Part shown: in pieces, positions 1 to 7,914 of the stretch
Numbering within the stretch: position 1 is the stretch's first letter
How the letters are laid out: each line of letters starts with the position of its first letter
Source: Coriobacteriia bacterium
Lineage (GTDB): Bacteria; Actinomycetota; Coriobacteriia; Anaerosomatales; SLCP01
Direction of reading: 5' to 3'
Assembly (NCBI GenBank): GCA_007125735.1
Contig: SLCP01000201.1
Span: 1 to 39,637, forward strand
Length of the DNA: 39,637 nt
Notes under the pieces: model-generated
The model's database searches: none
Told to the model about the DNA's origin: nothing
What the model saw: the letters and a program-made list of their open reading frames with translations, nothing else
Position numbers and translations under genes: made by a program

Positions 1-732
1 CGTGTGAGTCACGACGTGACCGACGATGTCGTTCACGCGCTCGCGACGGCGCAAGTAGATCTCGTCCCGCTCGCCTTCAGGCTCGATGCCGTGGCGCTCG
101 GCGACGTTCTCATCGCCTTCGAGGACGAGGAGTGCTTCGGCCCGCGTACCGACCCGCGCGGCCATGAGCACGAGCTGCTCTTCGAGCTCGTAGTCTGAGA
201 TGCCGCAACGGGCGTCGGCGATGGCGGCCTTGAGTTCGTCGATGCCTTTGCCCCGCACGGCGACGGTCTCGATGACGGGCACGCCGAGGAGGTCGGAGAG
301 CAGATCGCGATCGATGCCCACGCCGCGGGAGCGGGCTTCATCGGCCCTGTTGAGCGGCACGACCATCCGCTTGCCCATATCGATAAGTTGCAGCGTGAGG
401 AAGAGGTCGCGCTCGAGATGAACGGCGTCGACGACGTTGAGCACGACGTCGGCGTCCATGATCACGTCGCGGGCGACGCGCTCCTCGTCGTTGAAGGAGG
501 AGACGCCGTAGACGCCGGGGGTGTCGACGACGTCGAACTCACCGAGCTGTCCGCGCGTGAGCTCGACCGTCGTTCCCGGAAAGTTGCTGACGTCGACGTA
601 CGTGCCGGTCAGTGCGTTGAATACGACCGACTTGCCAACGTTGGGGTTACCCGCCAACACGAGCGTCGCCGCGCCCTCACGGTGCTCGAGTGGTGTGGGC
701 GCGTGGCAGTGAGCCGAGGTCTGCTCCGTCAT
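1..732 (-). CDS. feoB: Ferrous iron transporter FeoB, N-terminal G-domain part (gene runs off the left edge)
   Basis: Reverse-strand reading from the ATG at 732-730 gives MTEQTSAHC...LVLAGNPNVGKSVVFNALTG...FDVVDTPGVY, which carries the FeoB G1 (GNPNVGKS) and G3 (DTPG) motifs. The frame is open for 244 codons to position 1, so it is missing from the ORF track. It starts 1 nt after the feoA stop. Confidence 0.9.
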   Translation of the reverse strand, partial: MTEQTSAHCHAPTPLEHREGAATLVLAGNPNVGKSVVFNALTGTYVDVSNFPGTTVELTRGQLGEFDVVDTPGVYGVSSFNDEERVARDVIMDADVVLNVVDAVHLERDLFLTLQLIDMGKRMVVPLNRADEARSRGVGIDRDLLSDLLGVPVIETVAVRGKGIDELKAAIADARCGISDYELEEQLVLMAARVGTRAEALLVLEGDENVAERHGIEPEGERDEIYLRRRERVNDIVGHVVTHT

Positions 733-733
733 C

Positions 734-1009
734 TCAGTTGCGCTCCCCCACACGCCGGACATCGATCTTGCGGGCGAGGTTGCGACCGATGGCGATCTCC
801 TGCATGCCCGAACGCACGACCACGGGACCGGCCGGCACGCGGGTGATGCACGAGATGCACGCGCCCTCGGCCATGCCGAAGCGAAGCGCCGTGATGCGCG
901 CCATCTCATCGCCGATGGAAACGACCTCGCACGCATCGCCCCTGCGGAGCCGGTCGAGCGTGAGAGTCTCGGCCGTGGCGGCCGTTTCCTGCGTGTCGTG
1001 TGTCGCCAT
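734..1009 (-). CDS. feoA: FeoA family small iron-transport protein
   Basis: 91-aa ORF directly upstream of and coupled to feoB. The sequence is FeoA-like (VVSIGDEMARITALRFGMAEGA...V.VRSGMQEIAIGRNLARKI). AGGAGG lies 7 nt upstream of the ATG at 1009. Confidence 0.85.
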   Translation of the reverse strand: MATHDTQETAATAETLTLDRLRRGDACEVVSIGDEMARITALRFGMAEGACISCITRVPAGPVVVRSGMQEIAIGRNLARKIDVRRVGERN

Positions 1010-1248
1010 CGTCGCGCCTCCTGCGTGTAGGGCCGGACTTAGTGTGTGCTAACTATCGTGCACGGCCCATGCTACACGCACTCCGGAGCCCCCGTCAATA
1101 CCTCGCTTTACCCGGCACGCATCCGCAGCTGGATGCTGTCGCTGACAACCATCCTGCAGTTGGCTTACACTTGACGTACCGTCCCCGAACTCTCCGAACC
1201 CCGCGTTCCGAACCGCACGCATGAACGATAGGGCCCGATAGGAGCTCG

Positions 1249-3327
1249 ATGGCCGCCGAGGACCGCACGCCGCTCATTGCACGCCTCCTGCCGTCGAGTC
1301 TGCGCTCCCGGCTCACGCTTACCATCCTTCTTACGAACGTATCCCTCGTGACCGCCGGTGCACTCGTGCTGGCAGTGTTCGCCTCCATCGACCAGCCTGC
1401 GCGCCTCGAACGCGAGGCGTCGGCGGCTCTCGGCGCGGTCGCGAGGAGCATCGGCCACGAGATCGCGCTCGTCGACGCCATCGCTACGAGCGCTGCAGTG
1501 TCGCCAGGGTTTGGCAGTGACGCGTCACCGGATCCAACCGCGGAGGTCGGACGGGCCGTCACGCGGCTGGAGGGAGTGCTCGCCAACACGGAGAGCGACG
1601 CTGCGCTCCTGTTCGCACCCGATGGCCAGGTGCTCGCGGTGATCGGACAGGCTCCCGCGACCACACTCGCCGAGTCGCTCGTCCGGACAGCGGGTCTCGT
1701 CGAGGAGAGCGGGCTCATCGGCCTCGACGAACGCCGCCTTGCTGCCATGTCCGTGCGAACGCTCGGCTCGGCGGAGCACGGGTGGCTCGCGATCGTCCGC
1801 GAGATCGACATCGAGTCGCTTTCACGCGCATCGGTCGACTTCAGCCGCACGGGCCGCGCGGGCCCGGACGACACGCCGCTACCAGCGCTCCCGTCGCAGG
1901 CGTTCTCCACAGCCGTCGCGTCGCCCACGGGTAACGGGCTGCTCGTGAGGGGCGAGCTCGTCGGCATCGACGGGCGTCCCGCAGGATGGGTCGCGGTCGC
2001 TCTCGAAGACGAGCGGGGCTTCGCCGACCTCCTCGGTCTGTCGTTCCTCGTCGCCGCCGGGCTTGCCGTGGTCGTCGGGCTTATCGTCGGCGTCGGACTC
2101 ACGGTGCTCGTCCGCCAGCCCCTCGAAGCGCTCATCGCCCACGTGCGCCGACACGGGCATGCAGCGCTCGAGGGCCATGCGGTGACCCACCTCGAACGCG
2201 ACCCGATGCTGCCGGTCGAGTTCACGAATCTCGCCGATGTCTACGACGGCCTGCTCGAACACCTCGCCCGCCGCCAGGCGGAGGTGGCCGAGGCGACGAG
2301 CGCGCTGAGGTCCGCTGTCGACGACTCGTCCGAAGCGAAGCTCCTCGTGCGCGACGAGCGGGTGGCGCTCGTCAACGCCGCCGCCACCACCCTTCTCGGC
2401 ATCCCCGCCGGCAGCCCGCTCGCCGCATGGGACGATGTCCTCGAATCGCTTACGGTCGAAGACGAAGACGGCGCCTCACTCGCACCCGACGACCTCCTCG
2501 CTGCCGCCTGCGCCGCGCCTATCGTTGTGAAGCTCTCGCGCCCAGGACTCCCGACACGCTGGGTGGAAGTGCGCGCCGTCCGACATGACGACTCTCACGA
2601 GACGACGCTGCTCACCGGCCGCGACGTCACCGAGCAGCGCCGGATCGACGCCGTCCGTGACGAGATCGTCTCGCTCGTCTCGCACGACCTGCGTGCTCCG
2701 CTCACCGTTATCGGCGGCTACCTCGACCTACTCGAGCGTCCGCTTCCCGACGACACCCGTGCAGAAGCCGTCTCCTCGGCCCGGCGGAGCAAGGAGCGCA
2801 TGGAGGCCCTCCTCGAAGACCTGTTGACCGCCACACGCGCCGAGGAGCTCTTCACCCCTACAGTGCTCGAACCGGTCTCGCTCTCGGCGCTGGCCGAGGA
2901 GACTGCGGCCTCCTTCGAGCACGCCTCGGCCCACCGTATCTCGGCCACCACGACCGGGGACGGCATCGTGCTTGGGGAGGAGCGGCGACTGCGCCAGGTG
3001 CTCGTCAACCTCGTCACTAACGCCATCAAACACGCTCCTGAGACGGGCGCCATCAACATCGAAGTCGGATCCCGTGACGGCCGCGTCCGCGCGGCCATCC
3101 AGGACGATGGGCCCGGCGTCCCCGAGGCGGACCGGGAAGTCATCTTCGAGCGGTTCACACGGCTTGCCGACGGGAGCGAGAACCGTCCGGGCATCGGGCT
3201 CGGCCTCTACATCGTGCGCGCGATCGTGGAAAGCCACGGTGGCATCGTCAGCGTCGGGGACCGGCCCGACGGCAGCTCGGGCGCGCGGTTCGTCGTCGAC
3301 CTGCCCGAGGCGCCCCCTACCGCCTAG
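1249..3327 (+). CDS. Membrane-bound sensor histidine kinase (two TM segments, extracytoplasmic domain, HAMP/PAS-like linker, HisKA, HATPase_c)
   Basis: H-box SHDLRAPLTVIGGYLDLL, N-box LVNLVTNAIKHAP, G1 DDGPGVP and G2 GIGLGLYIVRAIVESHGG. GGAG SD before the ATG at 1249. No response-regulator gene is adjacent. Confidence 0.9.
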   Translation: MAAEDRTPLIARLLPSSLRSRLTLTILLTNVSLVTAGALVLAVFASIDQPARLEREASAALGAVARSIGHEIALVDAIATSAAVSPGFGSDASPDPTAEVGRAVTRLEGVLANTESDAALLFAPDGQVLAVIGQAPATTLAESLVRTAGLVEESGLIGLDERRLAAMSVRTLGSAEHGWLAIVREIDIESLSRASVDFSRTGRAGPDDTPLPALPSQAFSTAVASPTGNGLLVRGELVGIDGRPAGWVAVALEDERGFADLLGLSFLVAAGLAVVVGLIVGVGLTVLVRQPLEALIAHVRRHGHAALEGHAVTHLERDPMLPVEFTNLADVYDGLLEHLARRQAEVAEATSALRSAVDDSSEAKLLVRDERVALVNAAATTLLGIPAGSPLAAWDDVLESLTVEDEDGASLAPDDLLAAACAAPIVVKLSRPGLPTRWVEVRAVRHDDSHETTLLTGRDVTEQRRIDAVRDEIVSLVSHDLRAPLTVIGGYLDLLERPLPDDTRAEAVSSARRSKERMEALLEDLLTATRAEELFTPTVLEPVSLSALAEETAASFEHASAHRISATTTGDGIVLGEERRLRQVLVNLVTNAIKHAPETGAINIEVGSRDGRVRAAIQDDGPGVPEADREVIFERFTRLADGSENRPGIGLGLYIVRAIVESHGGIVSVGDRPDGSSGARFVVDLPEAPPTA

Positions 3328-4262
3328 CGGCCCTCGAGCGCGAGGCGGACGAGCCGCTCGCAGAGCTCGGGGAACTCCATGCCGGCGGCTCGGGCGGCAT
3401 CCGGAAGCAGACTCGTGGTCGTCATGCCGGGGATCGTGTTCGTCTCGAGCAGCCAGACCGTGTCCTCGGCGTCGACGATGGTGTCGGCACGCGACATCCC
3501 CCGGCACCCGAGCGCGCGGTGAGCCTCCACGGCGATCCGCTGGCACTCCTCGGCCACCTCAGGTTTCACGCGCGCCGGGATGATGTGGCGACTCATGCCC
3601 GGCACGTACTTCGACTCGTAATCGTAAAACTCGTGTTCGGGAACGATCTCGAGGGTGGGCAGCGCGATCAGCTCGTCGTTGCCGAGGACCCCCACGGTCA
3701 CCTCGACGCCCGCGACGAACCGCTCGACGAGCACGCTGTCGTCGAAGCGGAACGCCTCCGCGATCGCGGCGTCGAGCTCGGACGGCTCGTGTGCGATCGT
3801 CACGCCGAGCGCCGAGCCTTCGTTCGCGGGCTTGACCACCGTCTTCTCGCCGAGGGCGGCGGTGATGGCGGCGGTATCGGCCGTATCGCCCGGCCGCAGG
3901 TGCACGTAGTCGGGCGTGGGCAGCCCCGCATACGCGAAAAAGTGCTTCGACATCACCTTGTCCATCGCGAGCGCGCTCGCCAGCACGCCGGAGCCGACGT
4001 ACGCCATCCCCAAGAGCTCGAGCAGCCCTTGTACCGTACCGTCCTCGCCGAGCCGCCCGTGCAGGCAGATGAAGACGACGTCCGGTGCCGCATCGACGAG
4101 CTGGCCGATGAACGCCTCGTCGCGCGCATCGATCCGGACCACCTCGTGGCCGAGCGTGGCAAGCGCTTGCGAGACCTGCGCGCCGGTGTTGAGGGAGACC
4201 TCTCGCTCACCCGATCGTCCACCCATGAGGACCGCGACCGTTAGCGTTCCGTCTGCGTTCAT
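3324..4262 (-). CDS. ddl: D-alanine--D-alanine ligase
   Basis: 312 aa with an N-terminal VAVLMGGRSGEREVSLNTG, an ATP-grasp core and a C-terminal LETNTIPGMTTTSLLP, all typical of Ddl. Confidence 0.95.
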   Translation of the reverse strand: MNADGTLTVAVLMGGRSGEREVSLNTGAQVSQALATLGHEVVRIDARDEAFIGQLVDAAPDVVFICLHGRLGEDGTVQGLLELLGMAYVGSGVLASALAMDKVMSKHFFAYAGLPTPDYVHLRPGDTADTAAITAALGEKTVVKPANEGSALGVTIAHEPSELDAAIAEAFRFDDSVLVERFVAGVEVTVGVLGNDELIALPTLEIVPEHEFYDYESKYVPGMSRHIIPARVKPEVAEECQRIAVEAHRALGCRGMSRADTIVDAEDTVWLLETNTIPGMTTTSLLPDAARAAGMEFPELCERLVRLALEGR

Positions 4263-4296
4263 GCGCGCGCTCTCTTCTCGAAGGCGGAGAACAGCA

Positions 4297-4857
4297 TCAC
4301 AACATCCCCAGTCGGAGCGCGTCGATGATCACGAGAGCGACCCACCACGCGAGAACACCGAAGAGCGTGGCCGAGGCTCCCCTCACGAGTGCGGTCGTGA
4401 GCAACCCCCCTCGGCAACCGGGGGAGCTCGCGTACCACGCGAAAGCCCAGGTGAAGACCGCGAGCAGCGGTCCTATCGCGGTGAGCGCGACCGTTGCGAG
4501 CAGCAGGTTGGGGTAGGCCGGATTCTCGAGTGCCGGTCCGGTGGCGTCGGGGCCGGCGAGCAGGTAGACCGAGGCCGCCACGAGCGCGGCCCATAGCGTC
4601 AGGTAGACGAGGTAGGGCCACCACGCGACCGGCTTCGCCGCGGGGGTCTCGCACGGAGCGGTCGCGGGAGCGGTCGCTGGCTCGGGCTCGGGCTCGGGCT
4701 CGGATGCAGTGTCAGGCGCTGCCGAGGCCTCGGGCGGCGGCTCGGGCGCTGCCAGGGCCTCGGGCGGCGGCTCGGATTCCTCGGCATCCGGCTCTGCGGC
4801 GTCGGACTCCGTTGGCTCGGGCTCCTCGTCGACGCGGATCGCTGTCTCCTCGCTCAT
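4297..4857 (-). CDS. Hypothetical membrane protein with a Pro/Glu/Ala-rich N-terminal low-complexity region and a hydrophobic C-terminal half
   Basis: The ATG at 4857 (MSEETAIRVDEEPEP...) overlaps the MFS stop as ATGA (4854-4857). The C-terminal half has about 4 hydrophobic segments (WWPYLVYLTLWAALVAASVYLL, LLLATVALTAIGPLLAVFTWAF, ATLFGVLAWWVALVII). The longer ORF reaching 4959 would lie inside the MFS gene. Confidence 0.6.
   Translation of the reverse strand: MSEETAIRVDEEPEPTESDAAEPDAEESEPPPEALAAPEPPPEASAAPDTASEPEPEPEPATAPATAPCETPAAKPVAWWPYLVYLTLWAALVAASVYLLAGPDATGPALENPAYPNLLLATVALTAIGPLLAVFTWAFAWYASSPGCRGGLLTTALVRGASATLFGVLAWWVALVIIDALRLGML
4679..4775 (-). repeat. In-frame tandem repeats inside the 4297-4857 CDS
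   Basis: GGCTCG occurs 4 times at 4679-4702 (encoding EPEPEPEP). Two 30-nt units at 4716-4745 and 4746-4775 differ at 2 positions (encoding PEPPPEA[L/S]AA). A 12-nt unit GGAGCGGTCGC occurs twice at 4655-4677. Confidence 0.9.
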
Positions 4858-6365
4858 TCCACCTCTTCCCCCGACTCTCTTGCAGGCAAGTCTACGCGAG
4901 CCGGGAACCCTGCGTCGACCTCGATCGCGTCGGCATCGGTCGCCTCGCCGCGAGACCACGCGATAGCGGCGCCGAGCGCCGCGACGACGGCCGCAACGAC
5001 GAAGGCGGAGCGCATCGCGCTCACGAACAACTCCGCCTCAGCGCCGACGAGCACCGCCTCCGACGACATGAGGTCCGCGCCTCCGAGCCCGAGCGAGATG
5101 ACGAGCGCGGTGACCCCGACCCCGAACGCGATTCCGAGATTTCGTGCTTGACCCACGAGCGCTGACCCCACCCCGACGCGCGTGCGTGGTGTCGCACGGA
5201 GGATGTCGGCGGTGTTGGGCGCACTGAAGACCGAGAGCCCCGTGCCCACACCCACGAGCGCCAACACGATGAAGCCCGGATGGGTGTCGACCGCAATACG
5301 CGTCATCGCCGTGAGCGTGACCGCCAGGAGCACAAGCCCTGCCGTCGACAAGCGCCGGCTGCCCATCCGGTCCGACGCCCGCCCTGCCGCCGGTGCGAAG
5401 AGCGCCATCGTGAGCGGTGTCGCGGTGAGCAGGAGCCCCGCCGTCTGAGGCGCGAGGCCTTGGACTTTGAGCAGATAGAAAGGCATGGTGAACGTGACCG
5501 CGAACAGGCTCGTGAAGCTCAGCACCGCCGAGATCAGCCCAGCCGAGAAGCGCCACCTGCGAAACATGCCAAGGTCGACGAGCGGGTGCGCTACCCGCCG
5601 CTCGACGCGCACGAACACCATCCCCGCGACCACCGCGACGGCGGCGAGCCCGATCGTCGTAGGCGCGATGACCCCCGAGCGGGCCGTCTCGGAGAGCGCG
5701 AGCAGGGCCGATGTGAGCGTAACCGAGACGAGGGCGGCCCCCGCTATATCGAACGGCTCGGCATCCGGGCAGTCCTCGGGCAGCAGTGCCCGGGCCACTC
5801 CCGCCGTGACGAGCGCCAGAGGGATATTGACGAGGAAGATGCCTTGCCAGCCCCAGAGCGCCACCAGCGTCCCACCGAGCGCGGGCCCGATCGTAAGGCC
5901 AGCCGAGACGGCGAGACTGATCCAGCCGAGCGCCCAGCCGCGCCTCTGTGGCGGGAACGTGCGGCTGACGAGCGCGGGACCCGCGGCGAACATCGCGGCA
6001 GCCCCGATCGCCTGGAAGACCCTGGCCGCTATCAACCAGCCGAGCGACGGCACGAGCGCGCACGCAGCAGAACCCGTGGCGAAGACGAGGAACCCCGAGA
6101 CGTAGACGCGGCGCAGACCGTAGATGTCGGCGAGACGCCCCATCGCGAGCACGAACGACGCGGTCGTCAGCACGTAGGCAGTCGCAACCCATCCCACCGA
6201 CGTGAGGCGCGCGCCGAAATCGGCCGCCATCGCAGGGAGCGCGATGTTGACGATGCTCGAATCGAGCGGGGCGATGAACGTGCCGATGGTGAGTATCGCG
6301 AGAACCACGCGTTCGTCGACGTGTCTTCCGTCGCATACGAGCACTCGGTCGCGCTTCGCTGACAT
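4854..6365 (-). CDS. MFS transporter, DHA2 (EmrB/QacA-like, about 14 TMS) drug:H+ antiporter family
   Basis: 503 aa, hydrophobic throughout. The N-terminal motif LAILTIGTFIAPLDSSIVNIALPAMAADFG is typical of the EmrB/QacA subfamily. Confidence 0.9.
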   Translation of the reverse strand: MSAKRDRVLVCDGRHVDERVVLAILTIGTFIAPLDSSIVNIALPAMAADFGARLTSVGWVATAYVLTTASFVLAMGRLADIYGLRRVYVSGFLVFATGSAACALVPSLGWLIAARVFQAIGAAAMFAAGPALVSRTFPPQRRGWALGWISLAVSAGLTIGPALGGTLVALWGWQGIFLVNIPLALVTAGVARALLPEDCPDAEPFDIAGAALVSVTLTSALLALSETARSGVIAPTTIGLAAVAVVAGMVFVRVERRVAHPLVDLGMFRRWRFSAGLISAVLSFTSLFAVTFTMPFYLLKVQGLAPQTAGLLLTATPLTMALFAPAAGRASDRMGSRRLSTAGLVLLAVTLTAMTRIAVDTHPGFIVLALVGVGTGLSVFSAPNTADILRATPRTRVGVGSALVGQARNLGIAFGVGVTALVISLGLGGADLMSSEAVLVGAEAELFVSAMRSAFVVAAVVAALGAAIAWSRGEATDADAIEVDAGFPARVDLPARESGEEVE

Positions 6366-6516
6366 ACACCCGTCCCATCACATGGCGCTCGGCCATCCTC
6401 GGCAGAATATGGTGCTTTAGTGCGGTTTACGATCGTCTGGCACCGCATCGCGTCCGTCCGGCATAGTATGTGCGAGTGTATGGCCGAGACTCTCAGCCAA
6501 CGACGCGAGGTGAAGC

Positions 6517-7827
6517 ATGCACGACGATACGCCTGACACCCAGGATACCCCTTCTGACGCGCCCACAATGCCGAGTCCTCCGCAGCCCAACGCAGAGCCG
6601 TCCGTCCGCACGGGCACGTCTGCAGGAGCGGTCGTCGCGATCGCGCTCGCCGTCTCCCTGTTCGCCGGCGCCATCGCCGGCGGGTTCGGCGGTTTCGCGG
6701 GGGCGTGGGTCGCGCTGCGCGGCACTCCGGCGGGCGAGCCCGGCACGGTGCGTGTCGTGCCCGCAGAGACCGATGAGCCGGTCATCGCCGCCGCCGCAGC
6801 CGCGTTGCCGAGCGTCGTCAACATTGACGTGCGCGGCTCCGCCAGTCCGAGCACCGACGATTCGCTGCCCGAAGGCCACCCCGGTGTGCCGCGCCAGGGC
6901 AACGGCTCGGGCGTGGCCTTCATGGTCGCACCGGAGGGCGGCACGTACATCCTTACGAACGCACACGTGGTCAGCGACGCGGACACCGTGATCGTCAGTG
7001 GAACCGACCGGGAGCGCCACGAGGCGGAGGTCATCGGCGCCGATGCCGAGACCGACATCGCCGTGGTCAGAGTCGAGGTCTCCATCCCCACCATCGCCCT
7101 CGGGGACTCCGACACGATCGAAGTCGGCCAGCTCGTGACGGCCATCGGATCCCCGTTCGGCCTCTCGCACACCGTGACCTCCGGCGTCATCTCTGCAATC
7201 GGCCGCTCGATCACCACCGGCACCGGACAGCGCGGCGTCTACCCCCTCGTCGACGTCATCCAGACCGACGCGGCCATCAACCCCGGTAACTCGGGCGGCG
7301 CTCTCGTAGACCGCGAAGGTCGACTCGTGGGCATCAACACCGCCATCTTCTCGGAGACCGGTGTCTCTGGCGGGATCGGGTTCGCCGTCCCCGCCAACAC
7401 CGCGACCCGCATCGCCGACCAACTCATCGAGACCGGTGCCGCCGAGCATCCCTTCCTCGGCATCATCGGCCAGACCGTGACGCCTCCGTTCGCCGAGGCA
7501 GAGGGGCTTCCCGTCGAAGAGGGCGCCTACGTGGTGGACTTGACCGAGGGAGGCAAGGCGGCCGAGGCGGGCCTCACGTCGGGTGACGTGATCGTCGCGC
7601 TCGACGGCGTGCCGATCCGCACCATGGACGACCTTATCCTCGAGGTGCGCCGTCACGCGATCGGCGACATCGTCACGCTCGAGATCTGGCGCGACGGCGA
7701 GCAGATGGATCTCGAGATGGAGGTGGGTATCAAGCCTGCCGACCTCGAACTGCCGCAGCCCGAGATGCCCGACCTGCCAGACATGCCGGAGTTGCCGGAG
7801 ATGCCTGACGCTCCCGATACGGACTAG
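6517..7827 (+). CDS. htrA: HtrA/DegP-family serine protease (N-terminal TM anchor, trypsin-like domain, one PDZ domain)
   Basis: Catalytic triad contexts TNAHVV (His), DIAVVRV (Asp) and GNSGGALVD (Ser). PDZ segment GAYVVDLTEGGKAAEAGLTSGDVIVALDG. GAGGTGA SD before the ATG at 6517. Confidence 0.9.
   Translation: MHDDTPDTQDTPSDAPTMPSPPQPNAEPSVRTGTSAGAVVAIALAVSLFAGAIAGGFGGFAGAWVALRGTPAGEPGTVRVVPAETDEPVIAAAAAALPSVVNIDVRGSASPSTDDSLPEGHPGVPRQGNGSGVAFMVAPEGGTYILTNAHVVSDADTVIVSGTDRERHEAEVIGADAETDIAVVRVEVSIPTIALGDSDTIEVGQLVTAIGSPFGLSHTVTSGVISAIGRSITTGTGQRGVYPLVDVIQTDAAINPGNSGGALVDREGRLVGINTAIFSETGVSGGIGFAVPANTATRIADQLIETGAAEHPFLGIIGQTVTPPFAEAEGLPVEEGAYVVDLTEGGKAAEAGLTSGDVIVALDGVPIRTMDDLILEVRRHAIGDIVTLEIWRDGEQMDLEMEVGIKPADLELPQPEMPDLPDMPELPEMPDAPDTD
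7747..7824 (+). repeat. Imperfect 9-nt (3-aa) tandem repeat encoding the HtrA C-terminal tail
   Basis: Translation is ELP QP EMP DLP DMP ELP EMP DAP DTD, that is [E/D]-[M/L]-P units. Confidence 0.8.
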
Positions 7828-7854
7828 CGTACGCACGCACATCGCGCACGCACA

Positions 7855-7894
7855 GGGCCGCGCCGCTCGAGCGAGCAGCGCGGCCCTTGTTGTT
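7855..7894 (+). terminator. Rho-independent terminator candidate downstream of htrA
   Basis: Perfect 9-bp GC stem GGGCCGCGC (7855-7863) / GCGCGGCCC (7878-7886), followed by TTGTTGTT (7887-7894). It starts 28 nt after the htrA stop. Confidence 0.6.
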
Positions 7895-7914
7895 ACAGCG
7901 CGTGGGGCTTCAGG

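Noticed and set aside
1095-2225. Long antisense or shadow ORFs throughout the window, including 1095-2225(-), 5038-6396(-), 5280-6362(+), 6493-7842(-), 9462-10964(-), 11869-13986(+), 14084-15313(+), 29954-31516(-), 31913-33808(-) and 33544-34128(+).
   Set aside because: Each lies opposite, or out of frame within, a gene with clear family motifs. Their translations are Arg/Pro/Gly/Ala-rich low complexity with no motifs. Stop-free antisense frames are expected in DNA of about two-thirds G+C.
4858-4959. The longer form of the small membrane-protein ORF, starting at 4959.
   Set aside because: The extra 34 residues are Arg-rich and lie inside the MFS coding region. The ATG at 4857 forms a classic ATGA coupling with the MFS stop.
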